Shown here piece by piece: positions 1-8,744 of a DNA stretch of 64,000 bases. A program made the translations under genes and the position numbers. The first letter of the stretch is position 1, and every line of letters begins with the position of its first letter. Source of the stretch: Halorarum halobium (GTDB taxonomy: Archaea > Halobacteriota > Halobacteria > Halobacteriales > Haloferacaceae); contig NZ_CP134949.1 of NCBI RefSeq assembly GCF_032116555.1, forward strand, positions 1,426,001 to 1,490,000, read 5' to 3'. The notes beneath the pieces were generated by a model, which did no database searches, was not told the DNA's origin, and worked only from the letters and a program-made list of their open reading frames with translations.

Positions 1-1864
1 TCACGCCCCCGGTCGTGGACTGCTTGCCGCGACAGCCGCCACAGCCGTGACAGAGTTCGGCCATGCCCGCGAAGCCGTTCTCGTTCCGCCAGTTCAGTTC
101 GGGTTCGAAGCCCGCGTCGAAGTCGTAGGCCGAGTCGAACCGGAGGTTCTCCGTCAGGTCGGCGTCGCCACAGACGTTCCCGGGGTTCAACAACCAGTCC
201 GGGTCGAACGCGGTCTTGAGCGACCGGAACGTCTCCCAGAGCTCGTCGCCGTACAGCTTCCGGTTCCACTGGGTTCGCGCCCGGCCGTCGCCGTGCTCGC
301 CCGACACCGACCCGCCGAACTCGACGACCAGATCCGTCGCGCGGTCCGCGATGTCGTACATCGTCTCGCGGTCGTCCACGTCCTTCGTGTTGACCAGCGG
401 CCTGACGTGGAGCACGCCCGGCCCCGCGTGGGCGTAGAAGGCGGCGAACGTGTCGTTGTCCGCGAGGATCTCCTCGAAGCCGGCGACGTACTCCGCGAGG
501 TGCTCGGGCGGCACCGCACAGTCCTCGATGTACGAGATGTGCTTGGCGTCGGAGGTGCGGCTGAGGAGGATCGGCATGCCGGCCTTGCGCATCTTCCAGA
601 ACGTCGCCCGCCGGTCGGCGTCGTGGGCTTCGAGGGCGGCCTCGGCGCGGACCGGCGCGTCGGCCTCGACCCGTCCCTCGGTCGGATCCGCATCCGTCTC
701 CGTTCCCGGAACGCGGTCGGCGACCAGATCCGCGACCTTCCCGCGCCCCTCCGCGTCGTCCCCGGCGTAGAACTCGACGAGCAGCACGGAGTCGGTCCCC
801 TCCGGGAGCAGATCCACGACCGGGCCGAACTCCGCCGTCTCGCGGGCGAGTCCGAGGAACACGTCGTCCATCACCTCGACCGCGGCCGGGTCGTGTTCGA
901 GGATGGGGCCGACGTCCTCCATCGCGTCCGCGAGCGACGAGTAGGTGAGCAGCGCGACCGCCTTCGTCTCGGGCACGGGGACGAGCGACACCTCGACCTC
1001 GGTGACGACCGCGAGCGTCCCCTCGCTGCCGGCCATGAGCCGGCCGAGGTTGACCACGTCCGCCTCACCCCGCTCGCCGTTCGCCTCCTCGACGAGCACG
1101 TCCAGGTTGTACCCCGACACGTTCCGCTTCATGTCCGGGAACCGCTCCTCGACGGCGTCGGCGTCCTCCTCGAGGATCCGGACGACCTCGGCGTAGATCC
1201 GTTCGCGGACGCTCCCGTCCGGGTCGCCCGCCTCGCGCATCGTCTCGACCGCGACGTCGCCGAACGTCTCGACGCTCCCGTCGGCGAGCACCACCTCGCA
1301 TTCCTCGACGTACGCGTCCGTCTTCCCGTACTTCAGCGAGTGTGACCCGGTGGAGTTGTTGCCGACCGCGCCGCCCATCGCCGACTTGTCGCGCCAGGCG
1401 GGGTCCGGCGCGAACTTCAGGCCGTCGGGCGCGAGCGCCTCGTTCAGATCGCCGAGGATGCACCCCGCCTGGACCCGCGCGCGACGGGCGTCCGCGTCCG
1501 TCCCGAGGATGCCGTCCATGTATCTGGTGAAATCCAGCACGACCGCCTCGTTCACCGTCTGGCCCGCGAGCGAGGTGCCGCCCCCGCGCGGCAACACCGG
1601 AATCCCCTCGTCCGCGCAGTAGCCCATCACCGCGGCGACGTCCCCGGTCGAGCGGGGGAGCACGACGCCGATCGGCGTCACCTCGTAGGCCGACGCGTCC
1701 GTCGCGTACAGCTGTCTGGAGTAGGTGTCGAAGCGGACGTCGCCCTCGACGCGCGTCTCCAGGGCGGCAACCAGGTCCGGTCGGGCGACCTCCTCGGAGG
1801 TGAAGTCGTAGTCCGCCCCCTCCAGCGCCGGATCGCCGGAGGGAGTCGGTGCGTCGGAACTCAT
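1..1864 (-). CDS. FAD-binding and (Fe-S)-binding oxidoreductase (GlcD/GlpC-type, D-lactate/glycolate dehydrogenase-like); truncated by window start
   Basis: Not in the ORF track because it runs off the edge. Manual translation from ATG at 1864 gives MSSDAPT...DVRFDTYSRQLYATDASAYEVTPIGVVLP, with an RGGGTSLAGQ FAD motif, a GEHGDG motif and a CHGCGGC Fe-S motif at the window edge. Confidence 0.9.
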   Translation of the reverse strand, partial: MSSDAPTPSGDPALEGADYDFTSEEVARPDLVAALETRVEGDVRFDTYSRQLYATDASAYEVTPIGVVLPRSTGDVAAVMGYCADEGIPVLPRGGGTSLAGQTVNEAVVLDFTRYMDGILGTDADARRARVQAGCILGDLNEALAPDGLKFAPDPAWRDKSAMGGAVGNNSTGSHSLKYGKTDAYVEECEVVLADGSVETFGDVAVETMREAGDPDGSVRERIYAEVVRILEEDADAVEERFPDMKRNVSGYNLDVLVEEANGERGEADVVNLGRLMAGSEGTLAVVTEVEVSLVPVPETKAVALLTYSSLADAMEDVGPILEHDPAAVEVMDDVFLGLARETAEFGPVVDLLPEGTDSVLLVEFYAGDDAEGRGKVADLVADRVPGTETDADPTEGRVEADAPVRAEAALEAHDADRRATFWKMRKAGMPILLSRTSDAKHISYIEDCAVPPEHLAEYVAGFEEILADNDTFAAFYAHAGPGVLHVRPLVNTKDVDDRETMYDIADRATDLVVEFGGSVSGEHGDGRARTQWNRKLYGDELWETFRSLKTAFDPDWLLNPGNVCGDADLTENLRFDSAYDFDAGFEPELNWRNENGFAGMAELCHGCGGCRGKQSTTGGV

Positions 1865-2011
1865 TGTCGGTGGTGTGGGTCCGAGTCGCATAAGCCCGGT
1901 GAACGCGGCGACGCTGGGTGGCCGTGCGCGGACGAGCGGGAGCGCCTACGGAAGGCGGCAGATGACACGCGTTAACGCAACACACAAGCGCCGTCGGCCG
2001 AAGACGCTGGT

Positions 2012-2563
2012 ATGAGTACGGAGACGCTCGACTCGTTCCGAAGGAACGCCGAGCACCACCACGCGACCGTCCACGAAACCGCGCCGGAGGACGTCCGCTC
2101 GACGGTGGCCTCGCTTATCGACCCGCCCGCCGTCGGCGTCGCCGCCGGCTACGACCTGCCGGCGGGAATCGAGACGAACCCCACGCCGACCGAGCTGTCG
2201 GCCGCGAACACGGGCGTCACCGTCGCGAGCGTCGCCATCGCGGACTACGGGACGCTCGTCCTCGAGGACGACGCGGCCGGGAGCGAACCGGCCTCGCTGT
2301 TCCCCGAGCGACACGTCGCCATCCTCCGGACCGACGACGTCGTCCCGAGCATCGCCGATGCGCTCGGGACGCTCGGGCCGAGACTGCGCGAGGGAGCGAG
2401 CGCGATCCTCGCCACCGGCCCGAGCGCGACCGCCGACATGGGCGAACTCGTCCTGGGCGCGCACGGCCCCGAGGCCGTGGACGTGGTCCTGGTGGGAGAG
2501 GACGCGGATGCGGGCGAGACCGCCGGAGACGGGGACGAAGCCGGCGGGGAGGCCGACCGATGA
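2012..2563 (+). CDS. lutC: LUD-domain lactate utilisation protein C-like
   Basis: ASLFPERHVAIL and TGPSATADM..LVLGAHGP motifs; divergent from the FAD oxidoreductase and overlaps the next gene by ATGA. Confidence 0.88.
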   Translation: MSTETLDSFRRNAEHHHATVHETAPEDVRSTVASLIDPPAVGVAAGYDLPAGIETNPTPTELSAANTGVTVASVAIADYGTLVLEDDAAGSEPASLFPERHVAILRTDDVVPSIADALGTLGPRLREGASAILATGPSATADMGELVLGAHGPEAVDVVLVGEDADAGETAGDGDEAGGEADR

Positions 2564-4773
2564 GCGAAGCGCGGGAGGGGAAAGCCGAGAAGCTCCACAG
2601 GCTCCTGGAGACCGAGGGCGACGCGGTCGCCGAGAACACCCGCGGCTTCAACCGCGGCCGCTACGAGTCGACCGACGACCTCCCGGCCTACGAGGCGCTG
2701 AAGGACGAGGCGCGCGCGATCAAGGAGGACGCCATCGAACGCCTGCCCGAACTGATCGAGGAACTGCGGGAGGCGGTCGAGTCGAACGGCGGGACGCTGT
2801 ACGTCGCCGACGACGCCGCGGACGCGAACGAGTACGTGCGCGACGTCGTCACCGAACGCGGCGACCGGGTCGTCAAGAGCAAGTCGATGACGACCGAGGA
2901 ACTGGAGCTGAACGAGCACCTCGAGGGGGCGGGCGTCGACGTCACCGAAACCGACCTCGGCGAGTGGGTGCTCCAGATCGCGGACGAGGCGCCCTCACAC
3001 ATCGTCGGCCCGGCGCTGCACAAGTCCAGCGAGTCCATCGCGGAGCTGTTCAACGCGCACTTCGATCCCGACCCGCCGCTCTCGACGCCCAAGGAGCTGA
3101 CGAACTTCGCCCGCGACATGCTGCTGCAGGACATCGAGGCGGCCGACGTCGGCATCACCGGCGCGAACTTCGTGACGGCCGACTCGGGCACCATCGCGCT
3201 CGTGACGAGCGAGGGGAACGCCCGCAAGACCGCCGTCGTCCCCGACACGCACGTCGCCGTCGCCGGCGTCGAGAAGGTGATCCCGTCGGTCGAGGACCTC
3301 GCACCGTTCCTCGAACTCATCGGCAAGTCCGCGACCGGCCAGGACGTCACCTCCTACTTCTCGCTGTTCACGCCGCCGATCGCGTCGCCGCCGGTGGCGT
3401 TCGACCGGCCGGACCGACCGATGGGCGAGGACCCAGCCCGGCGGGAGTTCCACCTCGTCCTCGTCGACAACGGCCGGACGGCGATGCGCGAGGACGAGGA
3501 CCTGCGCGAGACGCTGTACTGCATCCGGTGTGGCGCCTGTGCCAACTCCTGCGGGAACTTCCAGTCGGTCGGCGGCCACGCGTTCGGCGGCGAGACGTAC
3601 ACGGGCGGCATCGCCACCGGCTGGGAGGCCGGGGTCGAGGGGCTCGACAGCGCGGCCGAGTTCAACGACCTCTGTACCGGCTGTTCGCGCTGCGTGCCGG
3701 CCTGTCCGGTGAAGATCGACATCCCGTGGATCAACACGGCCGTCCGGGATCGGGTGAACCACGCGGACGGCGACGGGTCGTTCGACTTCCTCGTCGAGGG
3801 GCTGACGCCCGACGAGGAGCCCGGTGGGCTCGCCCCGGCCAAACGCCTGTTCGGCAACTTCGAGACCCTGGCGAAGTGGGGGAGCCGCACCGCGCCGCTC
3901 TCGAACTGGATCGCCGGCAGCAGGCCGGCACGGTGGGCGATGGATCGCTTCGTGGGCGTCGCCGCCGAACGCGAGTTACCGGCGTTCCAGCGCCGGACGC
4001 TGGTGGACTGGTTCGAGTCGCGCGGGAGCTGCGTCGCCCCGGAGGACGCCACCCGGGAGGCGGTGCTGTACCCGGACGTCTACACGAACCACGTCGCCGT
4101 CGAGCGGGGGAAGGCTGCGGTCCGGGTGCTGGAGGCGCTCGAGGTACGCGTCGTCGTTCCCCGCCGGACGGCGGTCGGCAGCGGGCGAGCGCCGCTCTCG
4201 CAGGGGATGGTCGACACGGCCCGCCGGCAGGCCGAGCGGTGCCGCGACGCACTGGAGCCGGAACTCGACGCCGGACGCGACGTGGTCGTCGTCGAGCCGA
4301 GCGACCTCGCGGCGTTCCGGCGGGAGTACGAGAAACTGCTCCCGGCCGGGGACTTCGAGCGCGTTTCGGGGTCGAGCTACGAGGTGCTGGAGTACGTGTT
4401 CGGCCTGCTGGAGAACGGCGCCGACGAAGGGCGCCTCTCGGCCGGCGACGACGAGCCGGTGGACTATCACGCCCACTGCCAGCAGCGCACCCTGGGGCTG
4501 GACGAACACACCGTCGCGGTGCTGGAGCGGCTCGGCTACGACGTCACCACGTCGGACACGGAGTGTTGCGGGATGGCCGGGAGCTTCGGCTACAAGTCCG
4601 AGTACTACGAGCTGTCGATGGACGTCGGCGAGCCACTCCAGCAGCAGTTCGGGGAGGACGAGCGGCGCGTGCTCGCGTCGGGGACCTCGTGTGTCGACCA
4701 ACTGGAGGCGCTGCTGTCGCGGCCGGCGACGCATCCGATCGAACTGCTCGCGCCCGACTCGTCCGCACGGTGA
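2560..4773 (+). CDS. lutB: LUD-domain Fe-S protein, LutB fused to CCG-type (GlpC-like) domains
   Basis: KSKSMTTEE, ETDLGE, VTSEGN, CIRCGAC..C and CTGCSRC..ACP ferredoxin motifs, CCGMAGSFG. Confidence 0.9.
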   Translation: MSEAREGKAEKLHRLLETEGDAVAENTRGFNRGRYESTDDLPAYEALKDEARAIKEDAIERLPELIEELREAVESNGGTLYVADDAADANEYVRDVVTERGDRVVKSKSMTTEELELNEHLEGAGVDVTETDLGEWVLQIADEAPSHIVGPALHKSSESIAELFNAHFDPDPPLSTPKELTNFARDMLLQDIEAADVGITGANFVTADSGTIALVTSEGNARKTAVVPDTHVAVAGVEKVIPSVEDLAPFLELIGKSATGQDVTSYFSLFTPPIASPPVAFDRPDRPMGEDPARREFHLVLVDNGRTAMREDEDLRETLYCIRCGACANSCGNFQSVGGHAFGGETYTGGIATGWEAGVEGLDSAAEFNDLCTGCSRCVPACPVKIDIPWINTAVRDRVNHADGDGSFDFLVEGLTPDEEPGGLAPAKRLFGNFETLAKWGSRTAPLSNWIAGSRPARWAMDRFVGVAAERELPAFQRRTLVDWFESRGSCVAPEDATREAVLYPDVYTNHVAVERGKAAVRVLEALEVRVVVPRRTAVGSGRAPLSQGMVDTARRQAERCRDALEPELDAGRDVVVVEPSDLAAFRREYEKLLPAGDFERVSGSSYEVLEYVFGLLENGADEGRLSAGDDEPVDYHAHCQQRTLGLDEHTVAVLERLGYDVTTSDTECCGMAGSFGYKSEYYELSMDVGEPLQQQFGEDERRVLASGTSCVDQLEALLSRPATHPIELLAPDSSAR

Positions 4774-4822
4774 GTAAGTCGTCCGCGCGTTGACGGGCGT
4801 CTGACGGGCGTCCGCCCGTGGG

Positions 4823-4837
4823 GACGCTTTTAAGACC
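4823..4837 (+). promoter_or_regulatory. Putative BRE/TATA promoter of the PRC-barrel gene
   Basis: GACGCTTTTAAGACC lies about 25-30 nt upstream of the ATG at 4859, the spacing of a leaderless haloarchaeal promoter. Confidence 0.6.
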
Positions 4838-4858
4838 CGGCGTTCCGTTCGCGGCTGT

Positions 4859-5152
4859 ATGGACGCAGACGGCTCCCCACAGGAGATCACGACGCTCGTG
4901 GGACGCGAGGTGTACTCCAACAACGGGGTCTTCGTCGGCGAGGTCGAGGACGTCCGCCTCGACCTCGACGGGCAAGCAGTGACCGGGCTGGCGCTCACCG
5001 AACTGAACGGGGAACTGTTCTCGGGCCGCATCGAACCCGGGAAGGGCGTGATGGTGCCGTATCGGTGGGTACGCGCCGTCGGCGACGTCATCCTCGTCAA
5101 CGACGTCGTCGAGCGCCTCAAGGACGACGAACACGAGGAAGCGGTCGCCTGA
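4859..5152 (+). CDS. cdpB1: Single PRC-barrel protein, probable cell-division protein CdpB1 family
   Basis: 97 aa; LVGREVYSNNGVFVGEVEDV...VPYRWVRAVGDVILV PRC-barrel signature. Confidence 0.75.
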   Translation: MDADGSPQEITTLVGREVYSNNGVFVGEVEDVRLDLDGQAVTGLALTELNGELFSGRIEPGKGVMVPYRWVRAVGDVILVNDVVERLKDDEHEEAVA

Positions 5153-5236
5153 GCCCGATCGACGGCCGAACCGCCACTCCGATTTTCTCGCTACCAACCT
5201 CCGAGCGGCGACGTCCGAGGCGGTTTCCCGGCCGGG

Positions 5237-6709
5237 TCAGGAGCCGTTGGTGGCGTCGCCGCCCGAACTCGACCCCGAGCTCTCGACGCCCATCGCGTCG
5301 AACAGCTTCCTGCGGACCGCCTCCTCGGAGAGCTGGAGGAGCGTGTCGCGGTTCGACTCGCTCGCCTCGATGCCGGTGAACAGCCCGAGCGGGATCTCCG
5401 CGTTCCCCTGCGTCGAGTGGCCGGCGGCCTCGCCGATGTCCGAGAAGCCGTCCTGCAGCACGGTGCCGATGTTGATGCGGATGTCCTTCGAGCGCGCCGC
5501 GAGGTAGATGGTGTCGTCCGCGATGCCGAACACGGCGGAGGTCGTGATACCCTCGAGGTCGAGGAGTTGCTGGGCGGCCTGCGCGAGCGCCTCGCGGTCG
5601 CGGATGAACCCCGCGTTCGAGACGAGGTGGCTCCCCTGGACCTCCCGGTTCTGGATGGCCTCGGCGAGGACGTCCAGCGTCTCTGGCGACATCGACGGGG
5701 ACTCGACCTCCTCCAGCATGTCGTGGTCGGCGAACGGGTGGAGGTACGCCGCGGCGGTGAGGTCCGCGGGCGTCGTGTCCCGCTTGAAGTCGACCGTCTC
5801 GGCGCGGATGCCGTACAGCAGCGCGGTGGCGACCGTCTCGCTCGGCGAGAGGTCGAACTCCTGGATGTACTTCGTGAGGATGGTCGAGGTGGCCGAGACG
5901 TTCTTGCGGATGTCGGTGAACTGCGCCTCGATCGGCTCCTCGGGCACCTCGTGGTCGATGTAGATGTCGACGTCGGAGTCGACGTCGAGTTCGTCGGCCT
6001 CGGAGTAGTCGACGATCGCGAGGGCCCCGTACTCCGAGAGCGGGGGGGCGTCTTCGCGTGCCAGCAGGTCGATGCCGAGCGTGTTGACGAACGCACGGTT
6101 CTCCTGGTGGCCGATCTCGCCGTCGTAGAGGATGTCGGCCTCGACGCCGTACTCGTCCGCGATGGCCCCGAGCGCGACCGCGGAGGCGATGGAGTCGGGG
6201 TCCGGGTTGTCGTGTGCGAGGATGGCGAGGCGGCCGTCAGCGCTCGAAATGATGTCGGCGAGCTGGCGCGCCTTGTACTCCAGTTCGCCCGATTCGAGCG
6301 AGCGGAGCGCCGAGTCGGCGATGACCGTCGAGGGGGTGATCACCACGTCCGCGCCCAGTTCCGTGAGTTCGTCCTGGCTCACCGGGTCGGAGGCGCGCAC
6401 GACGACGTACTGCTCGCCGTCGTGGTCCCGGATGGCCCGCACCGCCTCCTTGTTCGCGTCCACGTCCGAGGAGAGGATGAGGATGACGTCGCGGTCGGCG
6501 ACGACCCCGGCGACGTCGTCCTCGGCGATGTCCTGGACCTGCGCGTTGAGGTCCTGGTCGCGCAGGGCCTCCACGCGGGCCTCGTCCTTGTCGAGGATGA
6601 GCACGTCCTTGCCCTCCTCGGTGAGTTCGTCCGCGACGGCGTGCCCGACGCTCCCACACCCCAGGATCGCGTAGGTAGACATCGAGGAAATCGTCACCCC
6701 AGCACTCAT
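5237..6709 (-). CDS. TrkA-N (RCK) domain plus DHH/DHHA1-family phosphoesterase
   Basis: N-terminal GCGSVG Rossmann motif, HDNPDPDS motif I, DHE in place of DHH, C-terminal AAGH. Start moved to ATG 6709. Confidence 0.88.
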   Translation of the reverse strand: MSAGVTISSMSTYAILGCGSVGHAVADELTEEGKDVLILDKDEARVEALRDQDLNAQVQDIAEDDVAGVVADRDVILILSSDVDANKEAVRAIRDHDGEQYVVVRASDPVSQDELTELGADVVITPSTVIADSALRSLESGELEYKARQLADIISSADGRLAILAHDNPDPDSIASAVALGAIADEYGVEADILYDGEIGHQENRAFVNTLGIDLLAREDAPPLSEYGALAIVDYSEADELDVDSDVDIYIDHEVPEEPIEAQFTDIRKNVSATSTILTKYIQEFDLSPSETVATALLYGIRAETVDFKRDTTPADLTAAAYLHPFADHDMLEEVESPSMSPETLDVLAEAIQNREVQGSHLVSNAGFIRDREALAQAAQQLLDLEGITTSAVFGIADDTIYLAARSKDIRINIGTVLQDGFSDIGEAAGHSTQGNAEIPLGLFTGIEASESNRDTLLQLSEEAVRRKLFDAMGVESSGSSSGGDATNGS

Positions 6710-6823
6710 TGGTGACTCGCCGTCGGGGGTGACGGGCCTTAAGCGGTGATGTTCGTTCACGCCCGCGCGGCGGGTGGGAAGCGGAAGGCATTTTACACGC
6801 ACGGCGGAACGTAGACTCGCCGA

Positions 6824-6897
6824 GGGCCGGTAGCTCAGTTAGGGAGAGCGACGGACTCTTAATCCGTCGGTCGGGGGTTCAAATCCCTCCCGGCCCG
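6824..6897 (+). tRNA. tRNA-Lys(CTT)
   Basis: Acceptor GGGCCGG/CCGGCCC, anticodon arm ACGGA-CT-CTT-AA-TCCGT, GGTTCAAATCC T-arm; TATA-like TTTTACA about 30 nt upstream. Confidence 0.97.
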
Positions 6898-7016
6898 TGG
6901 AACGAGACGGTGAGCGGAGCGAACCCTCGAGTGGAACGGAGAGGGAGGGATTCGAACTAGACCGGGCGCGCGCAGCGAAGCGAGCACGTCCGGGCGTGGT
7001 TCAAATCCCCGGCCCG
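6898..7016 (+). repeat. tRNA-trailing repeat element, copy 1: REP-like hairpins plus inverted and direct copies of the tRNA-Lys 3' end
   Basis: Inverted copy GGGAGGGATTCGAAC at 6943-6957; direct copy GGTTCAAATCCCCGGCCCG at 6998-7016; GAGCGGAGCGA and AGCGAAGCGAG cores. Confidence 0.85.
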
Positions 7017-7205
7017 TTTTCTCTCGGACGCGGACGACGACCGACGAGCGGCGCCGCCGTCAACGGTAGGCGGAACCGGGGCCAGGTTCCAGCACGACCC
7101 CGCGTAGGGGTACTCCCCAAAAGCACCAGTTGACCACCGCTTCCTCCGAAGTACTCCCTCCCGGCCTGGCCAATCTACAAGTACAGTCGAGTGGTATGCG
7201 TACAC

Positions 7206-7358
7206 ATGGCTATCTGTCCCCACTGCGATCAGTCCATCACCGACTGGGCGGAGCGCATCGAGGGCGCGACCCACCCCCCGAGCACGCCGAAAGTGTGGAC
7301 GTGTCCGAACTGCGACGTCGTTCTCGGCATCTCCGACTGGGGGATGCGAGCGGAGTGA
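7206..7358 (+). CDS. 50-aa CPxC...CPxC zinc-finger micro-protein
   Basis: Manual translation: MAICPHCDQSITDWAERIEGATHPPSTPKVWTCPNCDVVLGISDWGMRAE*. Too short for the ORF track. Confidence 0.8.
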   Translation: MAICPHCDQSITDWAERIEGATHPPSTPKVWTCPNCDVVLGISDWGMRAE

Positions 7359-7406
7359 GTCCGGCGACTTCGCGTCGACGCGGCGCCGGATCGAACGACC
7401 CGCGGT

Positions 7407-7739
7407 TCAGTGTGCCGACATCCCGGAGACGACGTTGAGACAGTAGACGCCGGCGACGATCAGTCCGACGCCGACGACGCCTGCGGGGTCGAGCGTCTCG
7501 TCGAACACGACGACGCCGATGGCCGCGACGCCGACGATGCCGAGCGCCGCCCAGGTGCCGTAGACCACGCCGATGGGAAGGTCTTCCAGCGTGAGCGAGA
7601 CTAGGTAGAAGGCGGCGGCGTAGCCGGCGACGACGCCCAGGCTGGGCAGCGGGCGCGAGAAGCCCTCCGAGAGTTTGAGCGAGGTCGTTCCCAGCAGTTC
7701 CGAGAGGATCGCCACGCCGAGCAACACGTACGGGTTCAT
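7407..7739 (-). CDS. SMR family (EmrE/QacE) small multidrug efflux protein
   Basis: 110 aa, 4 TM segments, conserved Glu in TM1 (AILSELLGTTSLKLSEGF), PIGVVYGTWAALG. Confidence 0.93.
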   Translation of the reverse strand: MNPYVLLGVAILSELLGTTSLKLSEGFSRPLPSLGVVAGYAAAFYLVSLTLEDLPIGVVYGTWAALGIVGVAAIGVVVFDETLDPAGVVGVGLIVAGVYCLNVVSGMSAH

Positions 7740-7896
7740 ACACCCCGGTCCTCACAGGCGTCTGATAGGCGTTTCGAGAGCCCGTCGGCAGGATGGCTGG
7801 CCGCCGGACCGTGGCCGTCGTCGGACTCACTACTCGGGTCCGTCCCTGCGGTTCGGCCCAGACCGGCCCGTTCCGGCGGTTCGACCCCGACCGGTC

Positions 7897-8277
7897 TCAG
7901 TTCACGAACGGGTCCCGCTCCATCAACGCCAGCAACTCGGCGACGAGAACCAGTTCGGGCACGACCGCCTCCGCCGAAGCGGGACCGCCGAAACAGGACT
8001 GCTCGGTCGTGAACCCGACCCATCCGTCACGCACGCCCCACTCCAGGTCCGGCCCCTCCTCGACTCGCCACGAGGCGGCGTCACCCTCCAGCGACGTCCT
8101 GGTGAACCCGCGGTAGAACGTCGTCGCGGCGTCGCCCCCGACGACTGACTCGTCGAGGGGCGACGTCTCGCGCCCGAGCGCGGTCGGCGGGCCACAGACG
8201 ACCAGTGGCCGACCGTCGTGCTCCGTCGTGTAGACCACCTCCTCGGGGAGCACGTGTGGGGGCGTGGTGGAACTCAT
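7897..8277 (-). CDS. Hypothetical protein
   Basis: 126-aa acidic ORF with an ATG start filling the gap between genes. Confidence 0.6.
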   Translation of the reverse strand: MSSTTPPHVLPEEVVYTTEHDGRPLVVCGPPTALGRETSPLDESVVGGDAATTFYRGFTRTSLEGDAASWRVEEGPDLEWGVRDGWVGFTTEQSCFGGPASAEAVVPELVLVAELLALMERDPFVN

Positions 8278-8363
8278 CGGGCTGTTCTCCGCGGGAACGC
8301 GAATAAGGCTGTCGTCGGCAGTGACAGGGGCGTCTTCACGCAGTCCCGATTCTTCACGCAGTC

Positions 8364-8660
8364 TCAGTCGTCATCGCGCCCGCACGCGACGGAGACGTCG
8401 TAGGTGACCGGCAGCTCCTCACAGTCCATGATCTCGGCGATCTGTTCGGCGGTCAGGCTCCCCTCCTCGCGGGCCCGCCGGATGAGCCGCGCGACCCGCC
8501 CGCCCGCCGGCTGCAGGCGGTTGTCGCCGGCCATGAAACAGTAGTACTCCGCGGCGACGTCGATCGCCTGGGATCGGGAGCGCTCGCCCGTCGCCTCCTG
8601 GAGGGCGTCGTACACCGACTGGCGTCGGTCCGTCAGCCTGATCGTCGTCGCCTGGCTCAT
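8364..8660 (-). CDS. Small ribbon-helix-helix-like DNA-binding protein
   Basis: TTIRLTD beta strand followed by two helices (YDALQEATGE / RSQAIDVAAEYY). Confidence 0.7.
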   Translation of the reverse strand: MSQATTIRLTDRRQSVYDALQEATGERSRSQAIDVAAEYYCFMAGDNRLQPAGGRVARLIRRAREEGSLTAEQIAEIMDCEELPVTYDVSVACGRDDD

Positions 8661-8744
8661 ACGAGCAACTAGACGCGAAACGGCAAATATCCACAGTTGA
8701 CTGAAAGCGGCGTTTCAGCAACCGGGCCGCGCCGGACTCGCCGC

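Noticed and set aside
47..1345. 432-aa plus-strand ORF and many other long antisense or alternate-frame ORFs (e.g. 35885-38800, 49945-52332, 53695-55893)
   Set aside because: Shadow ORFs caused by high GC and biased codon use; they overlap well-supported genes and have no motifs.
6898..7016. Classical provirus or genomic-island attL/attR pairs at the tRNAs
   Set aside because: Direct repeats enclose only ~100 bp, include an inverted copy, and no integrase is present in the window.
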